64,000 nt of DNA from Macrostomum lignano (taxonomy: Eukaryota), in NCBI GenBank assembly GCA_002269645.1, contig NIVC01001563.1:62001-126000 (forward strand), written 5' to 3'. The position numbers and the translations under genes were made by a program. How positions within the stretch are numbered: position 1 is the first letter of the stretch; every line of letters begins with the position of its first letter. The notes beneath the pieces were generated by a model. It searched no databases. It was given only the letters and a program-made list of their open reading frames with translations, and was not told where the DNA came from. This document shows, in pieces, positions 12,155-22,272 of this stretch.

Positions 12155-13106
12155 TTAATTTTAGCGGTTAGCTTTAATTGCTGAATTGAAACGGATTTAT
12201 GATTTATGAGTACGATCAAATACAAGGAGGGCAGTTAAAAGCAGGAATATCAAGCCATTTATTCACCCGGCCAACTACCAAGGAGGGGAATTATCTCCCG
12301 CCCCAGGAAATTTTGACACTAAATTCAAGAACACGGCCCAACTCTTGGTTGCGCACCTTCTTCTCAAACAAGAACCAAGTCGCCAGCCCCCCGGCAGTTG
12401 AGACATTCAACAAGCCTGTCAGAGGGTCCAAATTTCATCAGCAAGTAGACCACATGTGCCTGCATGAGTGTGTGGGTGAAGGCAAGAGACTAATCAAGTC
12501 AGACCTGATGCAGAAACATGTGGTGGACGTGCCGATAAGATTTGGGGATTTGTTTATTTCTTTTACCCGAAATTTGTCTGCTTTAATCCTAGCTTCCGTT
12601 GAAGTACAGGGGTGCCGCAGAAGTAACTAAACAACTTTTAACTGTAACAATTCTCAGAATGTAGTCAGTTTTATAGATTTACTGTTTCGAAATGATTCCT
12701 GTACACCCTCTATGGAACCTGATCATAATTGGAAAATTAAACAACAAGAAAAATGTATAAATTTAAATCTGATTTTATGATGCTGTTGTTTGTTTTTGGT
12801 TGCTTTGTTATATTTGTTGTTGTGAGTGTCGCACTGTGTTGTGGGACTTGTGCGATAAGGGCCTATCTATGAGCTCAAATGGATCATAAGGAATGGAATA
12901 CTACTACACTAAAAATTATGGGCGGGGACTGGCTAAACAGCAAAACACTACTAACTATAAGTAGTACCAACACGCGGTTGGTTTCATTGCTACAACTGAC
13001 AAATTTTTGTAACTCAATAGGGAGAGAAAAGCCTAAAACATTCTATAGTTCAAAAGTGCAGTCACGGCCTGTACATGTATAGGCCTTTTAACTTCAATTC
13101 AATGAA

Positions 13107-13349
13107 TTAATTCTTCTTCGGGATGGCCATCGAAGCGCACAGGCCAAGCGAGTACAGAAAGCCTGCACCGCTGATGGCCAGCATGGCGTTGGCGGCAAAC
13201 CTGTAGCTGGGAAATTTCTGCCACACCAACAGGCCGTCCTGCCTGGTCATCACGTGCTGAAGGTACAGAATTCGGCGATAGGCCCGGTCATTGGGCACGA
13301 TGCCCATCGGCTGCTTAGGCAATGGTTGCTTCAAGGAGTTAGCCACCAT
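13107..13349 (-). CDS. Cytochrome c oxidase subunit 7A-like, short form (80 aa)
   Basis: LQHVMTRQDGLLVWQK, then one hydrophobic helix and a C-terminal PKKN, matching the COX7A pattern LQ..F...DG.PV.LK-TM-PKK. Acceptor TTTGCAG 13 nt before the ATG. Confidence 0.75.
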   Translation of the reverse strand: MVANSLKQPLPKQPMGIVPNDRAYRRILYLQHVMTRQDGLLVWQKFPSYRFAANAMLAISGAGFLYSLGLCASMAIPKKN

Positions 13350-13424
13350 GGCTTAGATTTGGCTGCAAATGGGGCGAGCAAATATTTAAATTTACTGCTC
13401 ACTTCGATACCCCTTCTAGTGCTC

Positions 13425-14680
13425 TAGACCCATGCTGACACAAATCTCAGATACTCTGGACCCATCCCTGACACAAATCTCAGATACTCTGGACCCATCC
13501 CTGACACAAATCTCAGATACTCTGGACCCATCCCTGACACAATTCTGATACACTGGACCCATGCTGACACAAATCTCAGATACTCTGGACCCATCCCTGA
13601 CACAATTCTGATACACTGGACCCATGCTGACAAAAATCTCAGATACTCTGGACCCATCACTGACACAATTCTGATACACTGGACCCATCCCCGACACAAT
13701 TCTGATACACTGGACCCATGCTGACACAAATCTCAGATACTCTGGACCCATCCCTGACACAATTCTGATACACTGGACCCATGCTGACACAAATCTCAGA
13801 TACTCTGGACCCATCCCTGACACAATTCTGATACACTGGACCCATGCTGACAAAAATCTCAGATACTCTGGACCCATCACTGACACAATTCTGATACACT
13901 GGACCCATCCCCGACACAATTCTGATACACTGGACCCATGCTGACACAAATCTCAGATACTCTGGACCCATCCCTGACACAATTCTGATACACTGGACCC
14001 ATCCCTGACACAATTCTGATACACTGGACCCATGCTGACACAAATCTCAGATACTCTGGACCCATCCCTGACACAATTCTGATACACTGGACCCATCCTG
14101 ACACAATTCTGATACACTGGACCCATCCGACACAATTCTGATACACTGGACCCATCCCTGACACAATTCTGATACACTGGACCCATCCCTGACACAATTC
14201 TGATACACTGGACCCATCCTGACACAATTCTGATACACTGGACCCATCCGACACAAATCTGATACACTGGACCCATCCCTGACACAAATCTGATACACTG
14301 GACCTATCCCTGGCATAAATCTGATACACTGGACCCATCCCTGACATAAATCTGATACACTGGACCCATCCCTGACATAAATCTGATACACTGGACCCCA
14401 TCCCTGACAAATCTGATGCACCGGACCCATCCCTGACACAAATCTGATACACTGGACCCATCCCTGACACAAATCTACGATACTCTTTGGACTCAGCCCT
14501 GAAACAAATCTAAGATACTCTCTGGACCCATCGCTGACACAAATCTAAGATACTCTCTGGACCCATCCCTGACACAAATCTAAGATACTCTCTGGACCCA
14601 TCCCTGACACAAATCTAAGATACTCTCTGGACCCAACCCTGACACAAATCTAAGATACTCTGGACCCATCCCTGACAAAA
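13425..14680. repeat. 31/33-bp minisatellite (CTGACACAAATCTCAGATACTCTGGACCCATCC) between the two COX7A-like genes
   Basis: About 39 tandem units of two interleaved variants. Confidence 0.96.
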
Positions 14681-15056
14681 TCTGACTATTGCGCCATGGC
14701 TCTAAATAAAACTAATACATTTAAATCTGTACAAAGCATAACATTGTCACTAAGAAAATGAATACAAATAGAATGCAGCTCCGTTTGAACATGAACGCAT
14801 ATTCACTATCTAATTTTATTTTATAACTAAAATACTAGGGAAAAGTAAAATCAAAGCTTACATCTCTAACAGGATGACTGTATTTAGTAAGAAACTATAG
14901 AGCTAAGTTAAATAACTCGAGACAGTAGATTAATATTACAAAGTGCTGACATTTCAAACTAAAAAGCAGTCAGTTCTGATTTATATATATTTCTCATTGT
15001 GTCACTAATTGATTTATCGGGTCAATCTAAACCCAGAGAGCGAGATGCTACTTAAA

Positions 15057-15485
15057 CTACTGCAAGTGAGTAGTCCGTATGGCAAATTGTTGCAAACAGT
15101 CGCATAATCTAAATGAATTAATTCTTCTTCGGATGGCCATCGAAGCGCACAGGCCAAGCGAGTACAGAAAGCCCACGCCGCTAATGGCCAGCATGGCGTT
15201 GGCGGCCAGCCTGTAGCTGGGAAATTTCTGCCACACCAACAGGCCGTCCTGCCTGGTCATCACGTGCTGCAGGTACAGAATTCGGCGATAGGCCCGGTCA
15301 TTGGGCACGATGCCCATCGGCATGGACTTCGCCGACAAGCTTGCGCCGCGCCGGGCAGCCTGCTGTTGGCCAGCGTCCAAATTGTAGAAAGTTGTGCCGG
15401 ATATGCCGTGCACTATGCGATTCTCGGGTGCGCGAGAGCCGCCTAAGCCGGCCAGGGTGAGCGGTTTGCCCTCTGCAGTTGGCAT
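15057..15485 (-). CDS. Cytochrome c oxidase subunit 7A-like, long form (142 aa as assembled; 1-nt deletion near the C-terminus relative to the short copy)
   Basis: Near-identical to 13107..13349 from PMGIV onward, with a different ~55-aa N-terminus. Acceptor TTACAG 11 nt before the ATG. Confidence 0.7.
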   Translation of the reverse strand: MPTAEGKPLTLAGLGGSRAPENRIVHGISGTTFYNLDAGQQQAARRGASLSAKSMPMGIVPNDRAYRRILYLQHVMTRQDGLLVWQKFPSYRLAANAMLAISGVGFLYSLGLCASMAIRRRINSFRLCDCLQQFAIRTTHLQ

Positions 15486-16248
15486 CTTTGTATTGGCTGT
15501 AAGTATTATGGTCGGAGTCCTTGATATCGGGGCTAATATAAAAACGAATGCCTTAAATGCTGTTAGTTGTGGAGAATTAGTTTTTTAGCTCTAAAATCAA
15601 ACAGACTTCATTTAAATCAATAAATTTGCTAGTTACTGGTATATCTAAAGATAATTACTTGCATAATTATTTACCATATAGTTGTGTTTATGTAAAACAA
15701 TCACATATAGAACTAGATCCTAGATAGAGACAATTCATTTTTAATATAGCGGGTATATAAATTTGAAGCAAAACTTACTATTTTGTCAAAAACCCTAAAA
15801 TACTACAATAATTAAGATACATTATTTATGAAAAACAAAAAGAATCACAAGTACAATGTATGTTTATCACTAACAAGGCTTATAAATTGATATGTACTTA
15901 ATTAACTGCAACTTTAATTATTTGACACTATAGTCTGTACATTCAAGACTATACCAAAATACTTGTAGAAGCAATAGGATAAAATTTCAAAAAGCTTGCT
16001 TAGCGCAGCATTGTATACTGTCAGTACAAAGCAGTAAAATATACAGTTAATTTAACAAATTTCTTGAGTTTCATAACCATTTGATGCTCTTTCAGGTAAA
16101 AAGTATATTTTTTGCACAAATTCATCAGATTGAGCTACATACTGCATTGCATTTGCATACAATTCCTTGCATTGCATGGCCTTGGTGTTGGGCTAAGTTA
16201 AGTTGGTTAGAAAGGAAAGGAAAAGAAAAAACAACTGTACATACAATA

Positions 16249-16859
16249 CCCTATAGGAAAAAGTTGTAAATCCGCGGACGGCGTCCGGCGCACTTTTGAA
16301 ATTTTTCTAAAGCGCGGCGCGCGCACAGGCGCGCAGCGCCTGTGCGGCGTGCGCGCGCTGCCTTTTCTTGCTGGCTGCTGCTCTAGCAAATACATATGCA
16401 TGGAAAGGGGTCATCTAATACCTCTGTGGAAGGGGCCTATACACTTATAATTTATAAAGCTTAGAGATGTTCCGAAATTTCAATTTGAATTTTCCAAAAT
16501 TAGAATTTTTATTAAGAGCAAATTTCAATTTCGAATAAAATTAGAAGTCAAAATTTGGAAGCTAAAATCGAAAAGTCAAAAATCGCTAAAAAAGCAGTAA
16601 TTTCTGCTACATCTACGTGTATTTCATTTTGCATAAGCAGTAAATCGAATGTAAAAAGTGAGTATTGGTCATACTAAACTTTGTTTTTCTGCGTTTTGAT
16701 TTCGGATAATTTCAATTTTGAGTTTGGAAAGTTAACGAATTTTGATTTCGAGGAAACTGCTCTTTCGGGACATCTCTAATTATCCTAAAGCGCGGGAAAA
16801 TAATTTGACTCTATTCTAAAGCGCGCGTCCGCGGGTTTTCAACATTTATTCCAATAGGG
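16249..16859. mobile_element. Non-autonomous DNA element (MITE), CCC...GGG termini, imperfect ~33-bp TIRs, 8-bp TSD ATACAATA
   Basis: Left end CCCTATAGGAAAAAGTTGTAAATCCGCGGACG; right end reverse-complemented CCCTATTGGAATAAATGTTGAAAACCCGCGGACG; ATACAATA at 16241-16248 and 16860-16867. Confidence 0.8.
16462..16778. mobile_element. Possible nested hAT-like MITE inside the CCC...GGG element
   Basis: 16-bp inverted termini TAGAGATGTTCCGAAA / TTTCGGGACATCTCTA; flanks match only 5 of 8, so no clean TSD. Confidence 0.5.
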
Positions 16860-18127
16860 ATACAATATACACTCCTATCCCTTCCAATTGGGGCTATAGT
16901 GCAAGAGCTTAGGCTAAAGAGTGTCAATATAGCTTCATTTGCTTGCATATAGACAAAGGAAAATTAGATTGATATAAACAGGCATCACATGATTAGAATT
17001 TCCTATTAAATTTAGCTCTTTAACAGCACAATTGAATTGCAAGCCTAGTATACAAAGCTTGGCTAGTGGTAGATCTAAGTCACTATGTGTACAATCCTCC
17101 TCCCCTTCAGACCAAAAGGTCAGGCAATATGGCTTAGTATACATACAAAGTAGCATTGTACAGTGTTTTGGAATGACTTTATTAATTATAGCTTTCTTTG
17201 CATCCCAATAGAAAGATTTATGGGTATCTTACAAAAGTTAGTTTAGTAACGTTCTAATTTTACCATTATCCTACAATCTGATTAAGATATATCCCATAAA
17301 CTAGTTGGCTTTCAAAGCATTGGTTTGAAAGCCTGGTTTTCAAAGCACTTGAGCTGATGCTCAAGAGGATCTGTGTTGAAACAACCAGCTTAATGAGGTG
17401 GTTATCACCCTGTAACTCACTGGAGACTTTAGACAATTTATTTAGATTAAGGGCTTATTAAAGAATCTAGGCAATGATAGGCTAGACAAGATAGATAAAA
17501 TGAAAGGGAGTAGAGAAGACAAGAGGAAAGAGATAAAAGATAAAACAAGACAAGCAAAAGACTAGAGACTAGAGAAAGATAAGAAAAGAGAGAAACATAA
17601 CAAACAAAGAGAGAAAATAGGAGAAGTAGAGATTTACATTTTTCTTGAGCTTTTTAAAGTTCTTTTTCAGTGGTACAAAACTAGGTCTATCAATTAGTAA
17701 GACAACCCATGTCTAAAAAGAAGCCTGTTTACTAGTGGTAAAAAGACATGTCTTTATACTACTTGTCAAATTGTTAACTGGGAAACCATTGCCTATAGGT
17801 CACTTTGTCAATTGGCTAATCAATGGACTTCTAAACATGGTCATTTCATCAATTGCCAAATGCAACACTTTAAAATGGTCACTTTGTCAACTATGCATTA
17901 TATATATTTATATAATATTTATATATACTATAGTATTGTATATAAATGTTCATAATCACAGCTATATATACACCAAGAATAGAGGTCAGACGGGATCCCG
18001 ATCCCAAAATCCCAGGATTCCGAGGAAAATTGTATTACTGCGGGACCAAGATCCCAACCCTAAAAAACACAAGAAATGGGAATAGGTCTTTTGATCAAAA
18101 GTTTATAGAATTCGTAATTACTTAAAT

Positions 18128-20624
18128 CATGGGTCCCCAACCTGCGGCCCGCGAGCCCTTTTTGTGTGGCCCGCGGCACCTTCCAGTAGTTTGCATTACA
18201 TGCGGCCCGCCGAGTCTATCACTGGATTTCACTGCGGCCCCCGAAAATGTTAAAGTTTTCCTAGCTGTATTGAAAATATGCCCAGAAATCTCTTACCCCC
18301 CCAACCGCTAGAAGCGACGCTTCAATTCATTTGGATTGCTATTTTAGCCACTCCTAGCGCACAAATGTACATGCAGTCAAGAGTTGAAGTGAAAAGTAGG
18401 AAGGAATGCTAGCTAATATCAATAAGGTTCAAGGCAAAGGAGGTGGGGGTTGGGGGTAAGGGAAGTGAGGGGAAGCAGTGTACACATGTTGTGTACACTG
18501 TACACACATGAAAAACCCCCCTCACCCCCACTCCCCTATTCCGCTCAAAGCCAACCCAATGTACATGCATGACTAACTGTACACCACTTAGTCTTACCGA
18601 GTCCCAACCCCAGTTCCTTAAAATGGTGGACCAGTAGCAAGGAGTAACTCTATAACTCAGTAACTCTATAGTTCCAGATGGCACACGCTGCAAAAAAGAG
18701 GAAGATCGCGGAGGAGAAGCGCTCCTTTAATGCCGACTGGTGTCAGTTCTTTTTCGTGGAGCGCAAGGGGAAGCCGCTGTGTGTCATCTGCCAGGAGACG
18801 ATCGCCGTATGCAAGGAGTTCAATGTGAAGCGGCACTTCACCACGAACCATGCCAAGTTTGTGGACATGCCGGAGGACAAGCGCAAGACTGAGTTCACTC
18901 GCTTGGCAGCCAACTTGGACCGGCAGAATGCCCTCTTTAAAAAGCCTGTGAATCTGGCTCAATCTGCCGCAATCCGCAACACGCGCGCCAGCTACCGAGT
19001 TGCCCACCTGGTAGCGACCCAGCTAAAGCCCTTCACCGACGGGGCATTTGTAAAGGAGTGCATGATGGCCGCTGTAGAGGAAGTCTGCCCAGAAAAAAAG
19101 GATCTCTTCACCAACATCAGCCTCTCTGCTTCCACCATCACTCGCCGCATTGAAGAGATGGCAATCGACATTCGTTCAACGCTTAAGCAGCGCTGCCACA
19201 GTGCACGTTTCTTCTCCATTGCCCTCGACGAGTCTACCGACGTCAAGGACACAGCTCAGCTCGCCATCTTCTTTCGTGGCGTCACGGACACCTTTGACGT
19301 AGTGGAAGAATTCGTCCGGCTGATGCCGATGCAAGGAACCACCACTGGTGCCGACATCCTGCAGTGCGTGCTAAAGTTGGTGCAGGAATTCGAGCTGGAT
19401 CTATCACGCCTGTGTGCCATTACCACTGACGGTGCACCTGCCATGGTTGGGCCAACCAAGGGCTTTGCTTCCCTCCTGGTAAAGCACTGCCGGGACCAGG
19501 GACATATGCAGGACATCATGCGCATCCACTGCATCGTACACCAAGAAGTCCTCTGTGCAAAGTCGACCACCATAACGTCCGTTATGGGCGTCGTGGTGAA
19601 GGCGGTGAATTTTGTGCTAGCTCGGGCCCTGAATCACCGCCAGTTCCGGGACTTGCTGTCAGAGGCCAAAGCACAGTATGGGGACCTTCTCTATTACTGT
19701 GAGGTGCGCTGGCTCAGCCGCGGGAAGATGCTGCAAAGAGTCTTCGATCTGAGGGAGGAGCTAGCCGACTTCTTGGATTCAAAGGGAGCTGCTGTCCAGG
19801 AGTTCACTGACCCAGCGTGGGTGCAAGACCTCGCCTTCCTTGTTGACCTGACTGGGCACCTCAACACCCTGAACACCCAGCTGCAAGGCCGTGGCGTCCT
19901 TGTGCCAGACATGATAAACAAGATCAAGGCATTCGAGACCAAGCTCAGGCTGTGGGAAGCACAGATAAAGAATCGAGAGCTCACACACTTTCCCAACCTT
20001 GCAACTTTCGAGCTGACTAATTCAGCTGCCCAGAAGTACGCTGACGCCCTTTCGGACCTGAGGGACGAGTTCGCCAACCGCTTCTCGGAGTTGCGAGCGA
20101 ATTCAATGGAGCTGAAGCTATTCAGCAGCCCTTTCGACCTGGATGCTGATGAAGTGCCTGCCAATCTGCAGATGGAGCTCATTGAGCTTCATTGTTCTGA
20201 CGAGCTCAAAGCAAAGTTCGGCTGCACCTCCCCAATGGGATTTTGGAGCCAGGGCATCAAGCCTGCTGACTTTCCAGGCCTCGTCCTACACGCCACGAAG
20301 ATTGCTGCCATGTTTGGTTCTACATACGCATGTGAACAGCTCTTCAGCCGAATGAAGCTGACCAAGAGCAAAACTAGAGCGCAGTTGACTGACGGCCACC
20401 TCGAAGATGCACTGCTGCTCGCTGTTTCGTCGATCAAGCCAAATGTTGAACTGCTGTCGAAGGATAAGGAGCACCAGCCATCTCATTGATTTTGTTTGAC
20501 ATTTGGAAATGGACATTTTTGCTTGGTTTTGTGTATTTCATGTTTTGTGTATTAGCATGCGGCCCGCACACACCAAGCCAGTTGTCAATGCGGCCCGCCG
20601 CCCATAGAAGGTTGGGGACCCCTG
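18128..20624 (+). mobile_element. Full-length hAT DNA transposon, Buster/SPIN/Charlie group, 2497 bp
   Basis: 16-bp TIRs CA(T/G)GGGTCCCCAACCT; perfect 8-bp TSD ACTTAAAT (18120-18127, 20625-20632) with the central TA typical of Buster elements; subterminal GCGGCCC repeats at both ends. Confidence 0.96.
18678..20489 (+). CDS. hAT transposase (GTF2IRD2/SPIN/Buster-like), 603 aa, uninterrupted
   Basis: BED finger CVIC...RHFTTNH; catalytic ALDESTD, TTDGAPAM and CEQLFS; HCIVH and RWLSRG motifs; C-terminal dimerisation region RAQLTDGHL. Confidence 0.95.
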   Translation: MAHAAKKRKIAEEKRSFNADWCQFFFVERKGKPLCVICQETIAVCKEFNVKRHFTTNHAKFVDMPEDKRKTEFTRLAANLDRQNALFKKPVNLAQSAAIRNTRASYRVAHLVATQLKPFTDGAFVKECMMAAVEEVCPEKKDLFTNISLSASTITRRIEEMAIDIRSTLKQRCHSARFFSIALDESTDVKDTAQLAIFFRGVTDTFDVVEEFVRLMPMQGTTTGADILQCVLKLVQEFELDLSRLCAITTDGAPAMVGPTKGFASLLVKHCRDQGHMQDIMRIHCIVHQEVLCAKSTTITSVMGVVVKAVNFVLARALNHRQFRDLLSEAKAQYGDLLYYCEVRWLSRGKMLQRVFDLREELADFLDSKGAAVQEFTDPAWVQDLAFLVDLTGHLNTLNTQLQGRGVLVPDMINKIKAFETKLRLWEAQIKNRELTHFPNLATFELTNSAAQKYADALSDLRDEFANRFSELRANSMELKLFSSPFDLDADEVPANLQMELIELHCSDELKAKFGCTSPMGFWSQGIKPADFPGLVLHATKIAAMFGSTYACEQLFSRMKLTKSKTRAQLTDGHLEDALLLAVSSIKPNVELLSKDKEHQPSH

Positions 20625-21440
20625 ACTTAAATGTATTTTGGTTTTAACTTGTATTCATTACATTATTACTTTGTTTGGTACAAAACTTTGCATCAATTTT
20701 GTTGTGTTTTACTTTTGATCTTGACAGTTTTGCTCAATTTTGTTTAACTTTATATGGACCTATAAACTAAATTAATACTAAATTACAACAAAATATAAAA
20801 TTGTTTAAAAATGATAAATAATCACCTAACTCACCTTAAAAAATCACAAACAAAATTTTTTATAAAAATTTCCATTCTCTATACACATTTGGCACCAAAG
20901 TAACTATATTTAAAAATGAGATCAATTTGCCAATTGCAAATACTGATAGGCCTATCCCTACCAAATAGTCATTTTGTCAACCATTTGAAAAATGCCACAC
21001 TTAGAGACACGGTGACCATGTTTATAATGTAGAAACTTATAGACACAGTGGCCATGTCTAATAATGACTGGGTCTATACTAGCCATTGTGTCTATAAGTA
21101 TAGACCTAATCACTATTACAGACAGGGCCGCCGTGTCAATGAAACTTGTATGGCAGCAGTATTGTTAATATTGAATGGGTTCACACTTAGAGACATAGTG
21201 GGTGGCCGTGTCTCTAATATTGGAGCTTATACTTATATTATAGGCATAGCTACCATGCTATATAAATAATCATCAATTAGATAAAAAGATTAATTGATTG
21301 AAAAGCTAGAGTTTTTTATTTGAATTTTTTTAAATTAAATTAAATTTAATTTTTAAGAGTAGGCCTAGTCTAACACAAAATCATTTTAAAGTGTGGCCAT
21401 GATAATATATATATAGCTATTGAAAAAGAAATATTTTTTT

Positions 21441-22032
21441 GGCAGTGCTTATCCCCACGGTACCGTAGGAATAATTTCTGTCTTATTCCAACGGTACCGT
21501 GGGGATAATTTTCTGCTTATCCGCACGGCACACTGACGAGATAGCTGCCTATCTTCTACATATGCCGTGGGTTCATAATTTAGTTTAGTACTTACGGTTT
21601 GAGTGCAATATAACAACATAACTTTGCTTGGCTATTATTTTGATAGAAGTAAAGATTTAATGGCCTTTTTACGCAAAAAAACACTTTTTTGTATTTATGA
21701 CGTATGATTTAAGATGAATTGCTCTAGTAATTGTTTACAATCTAAGAACTTTTAGCAACTAGTCTAATCCCGACATCCCCGAAAAGTCCATTGCCGCTGC
21801 TTCTGTAGACTTCTTACTAGACATGTAAATTCTCAATTTGTTTGTATAGATTATTGCATTGCTTCAACAATTCACCCGTGCGGATAAGCAGAAAATTATT
21901 CCCACGGCATATGTAGAAGATGGGGCAGCTATCTCGTCAATGTGCCGTGCGGATAAGCAGAAAATTATCCCCACGGTACCGTTGGAATAAGACAGAAATT
22001 ATTCCTACGGTACCGTGGGGATAAGCACTGCC
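21441..22032. mobile_element. Foldback MITE with ~131-bp TIRs and 9-bp TSD (MULE-like)
   Basis: 21441-21571 is the near-perfect reverse complement of ~21900-22032 (GGCAGTGC...GCACTGCC). TATTTTTTT flanks both ends, but it is low-complexity and so weak TSD evidence. Confidence 0.8.
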
Positions 22033-22204
22033 TATTTTTTTTCTATATATATTGACCACACTTTAAAATTTAGTATTAGGGGCCTACTCTTATTAAAAAA
22101 ATTAATTTAGGCCAAATTTATTATTTTATTTTAATGAAGAAACTTAAAAAGTTCAAGACACAAAAATTTCTATTTGCTTAAAAAATTCAAATTAAAAAAA
22201 ACTC

Positions 22205-22272
22205 CAACCACTTGGGATTCAAACCTTGCTACACGTAATTACAAGGCAACTGTCTTATCCACTAAGCCACCA
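22205..22272 (-). pseudogene. Degenerate tRNA-like sequence (Thr-TGT-like loop), probably a SINE head or tRNA pseudogene
   Basis: Box A TGGCTTAGTGG, loop CTTGTAA, box B GGTTTGAATCC; the anticodon stem does not pair. Confidence 0.55.

Noticed and set aside
12199-12630. 143-aa plus-strand ORF, and a possible C/D snoRNA (CTGATGA...CTGA) on the minus strand
   Set aside because: No recognisable domain, and it lies antisense to the ZRANB2 upstream region. The box motifs are imperfect, too close together and lack a terminal stem.
13416-14472. Multiple Cys/Gly-rich repeat ORFs
   Set aside because: All are frames of the 31/33-bp minisatellite.
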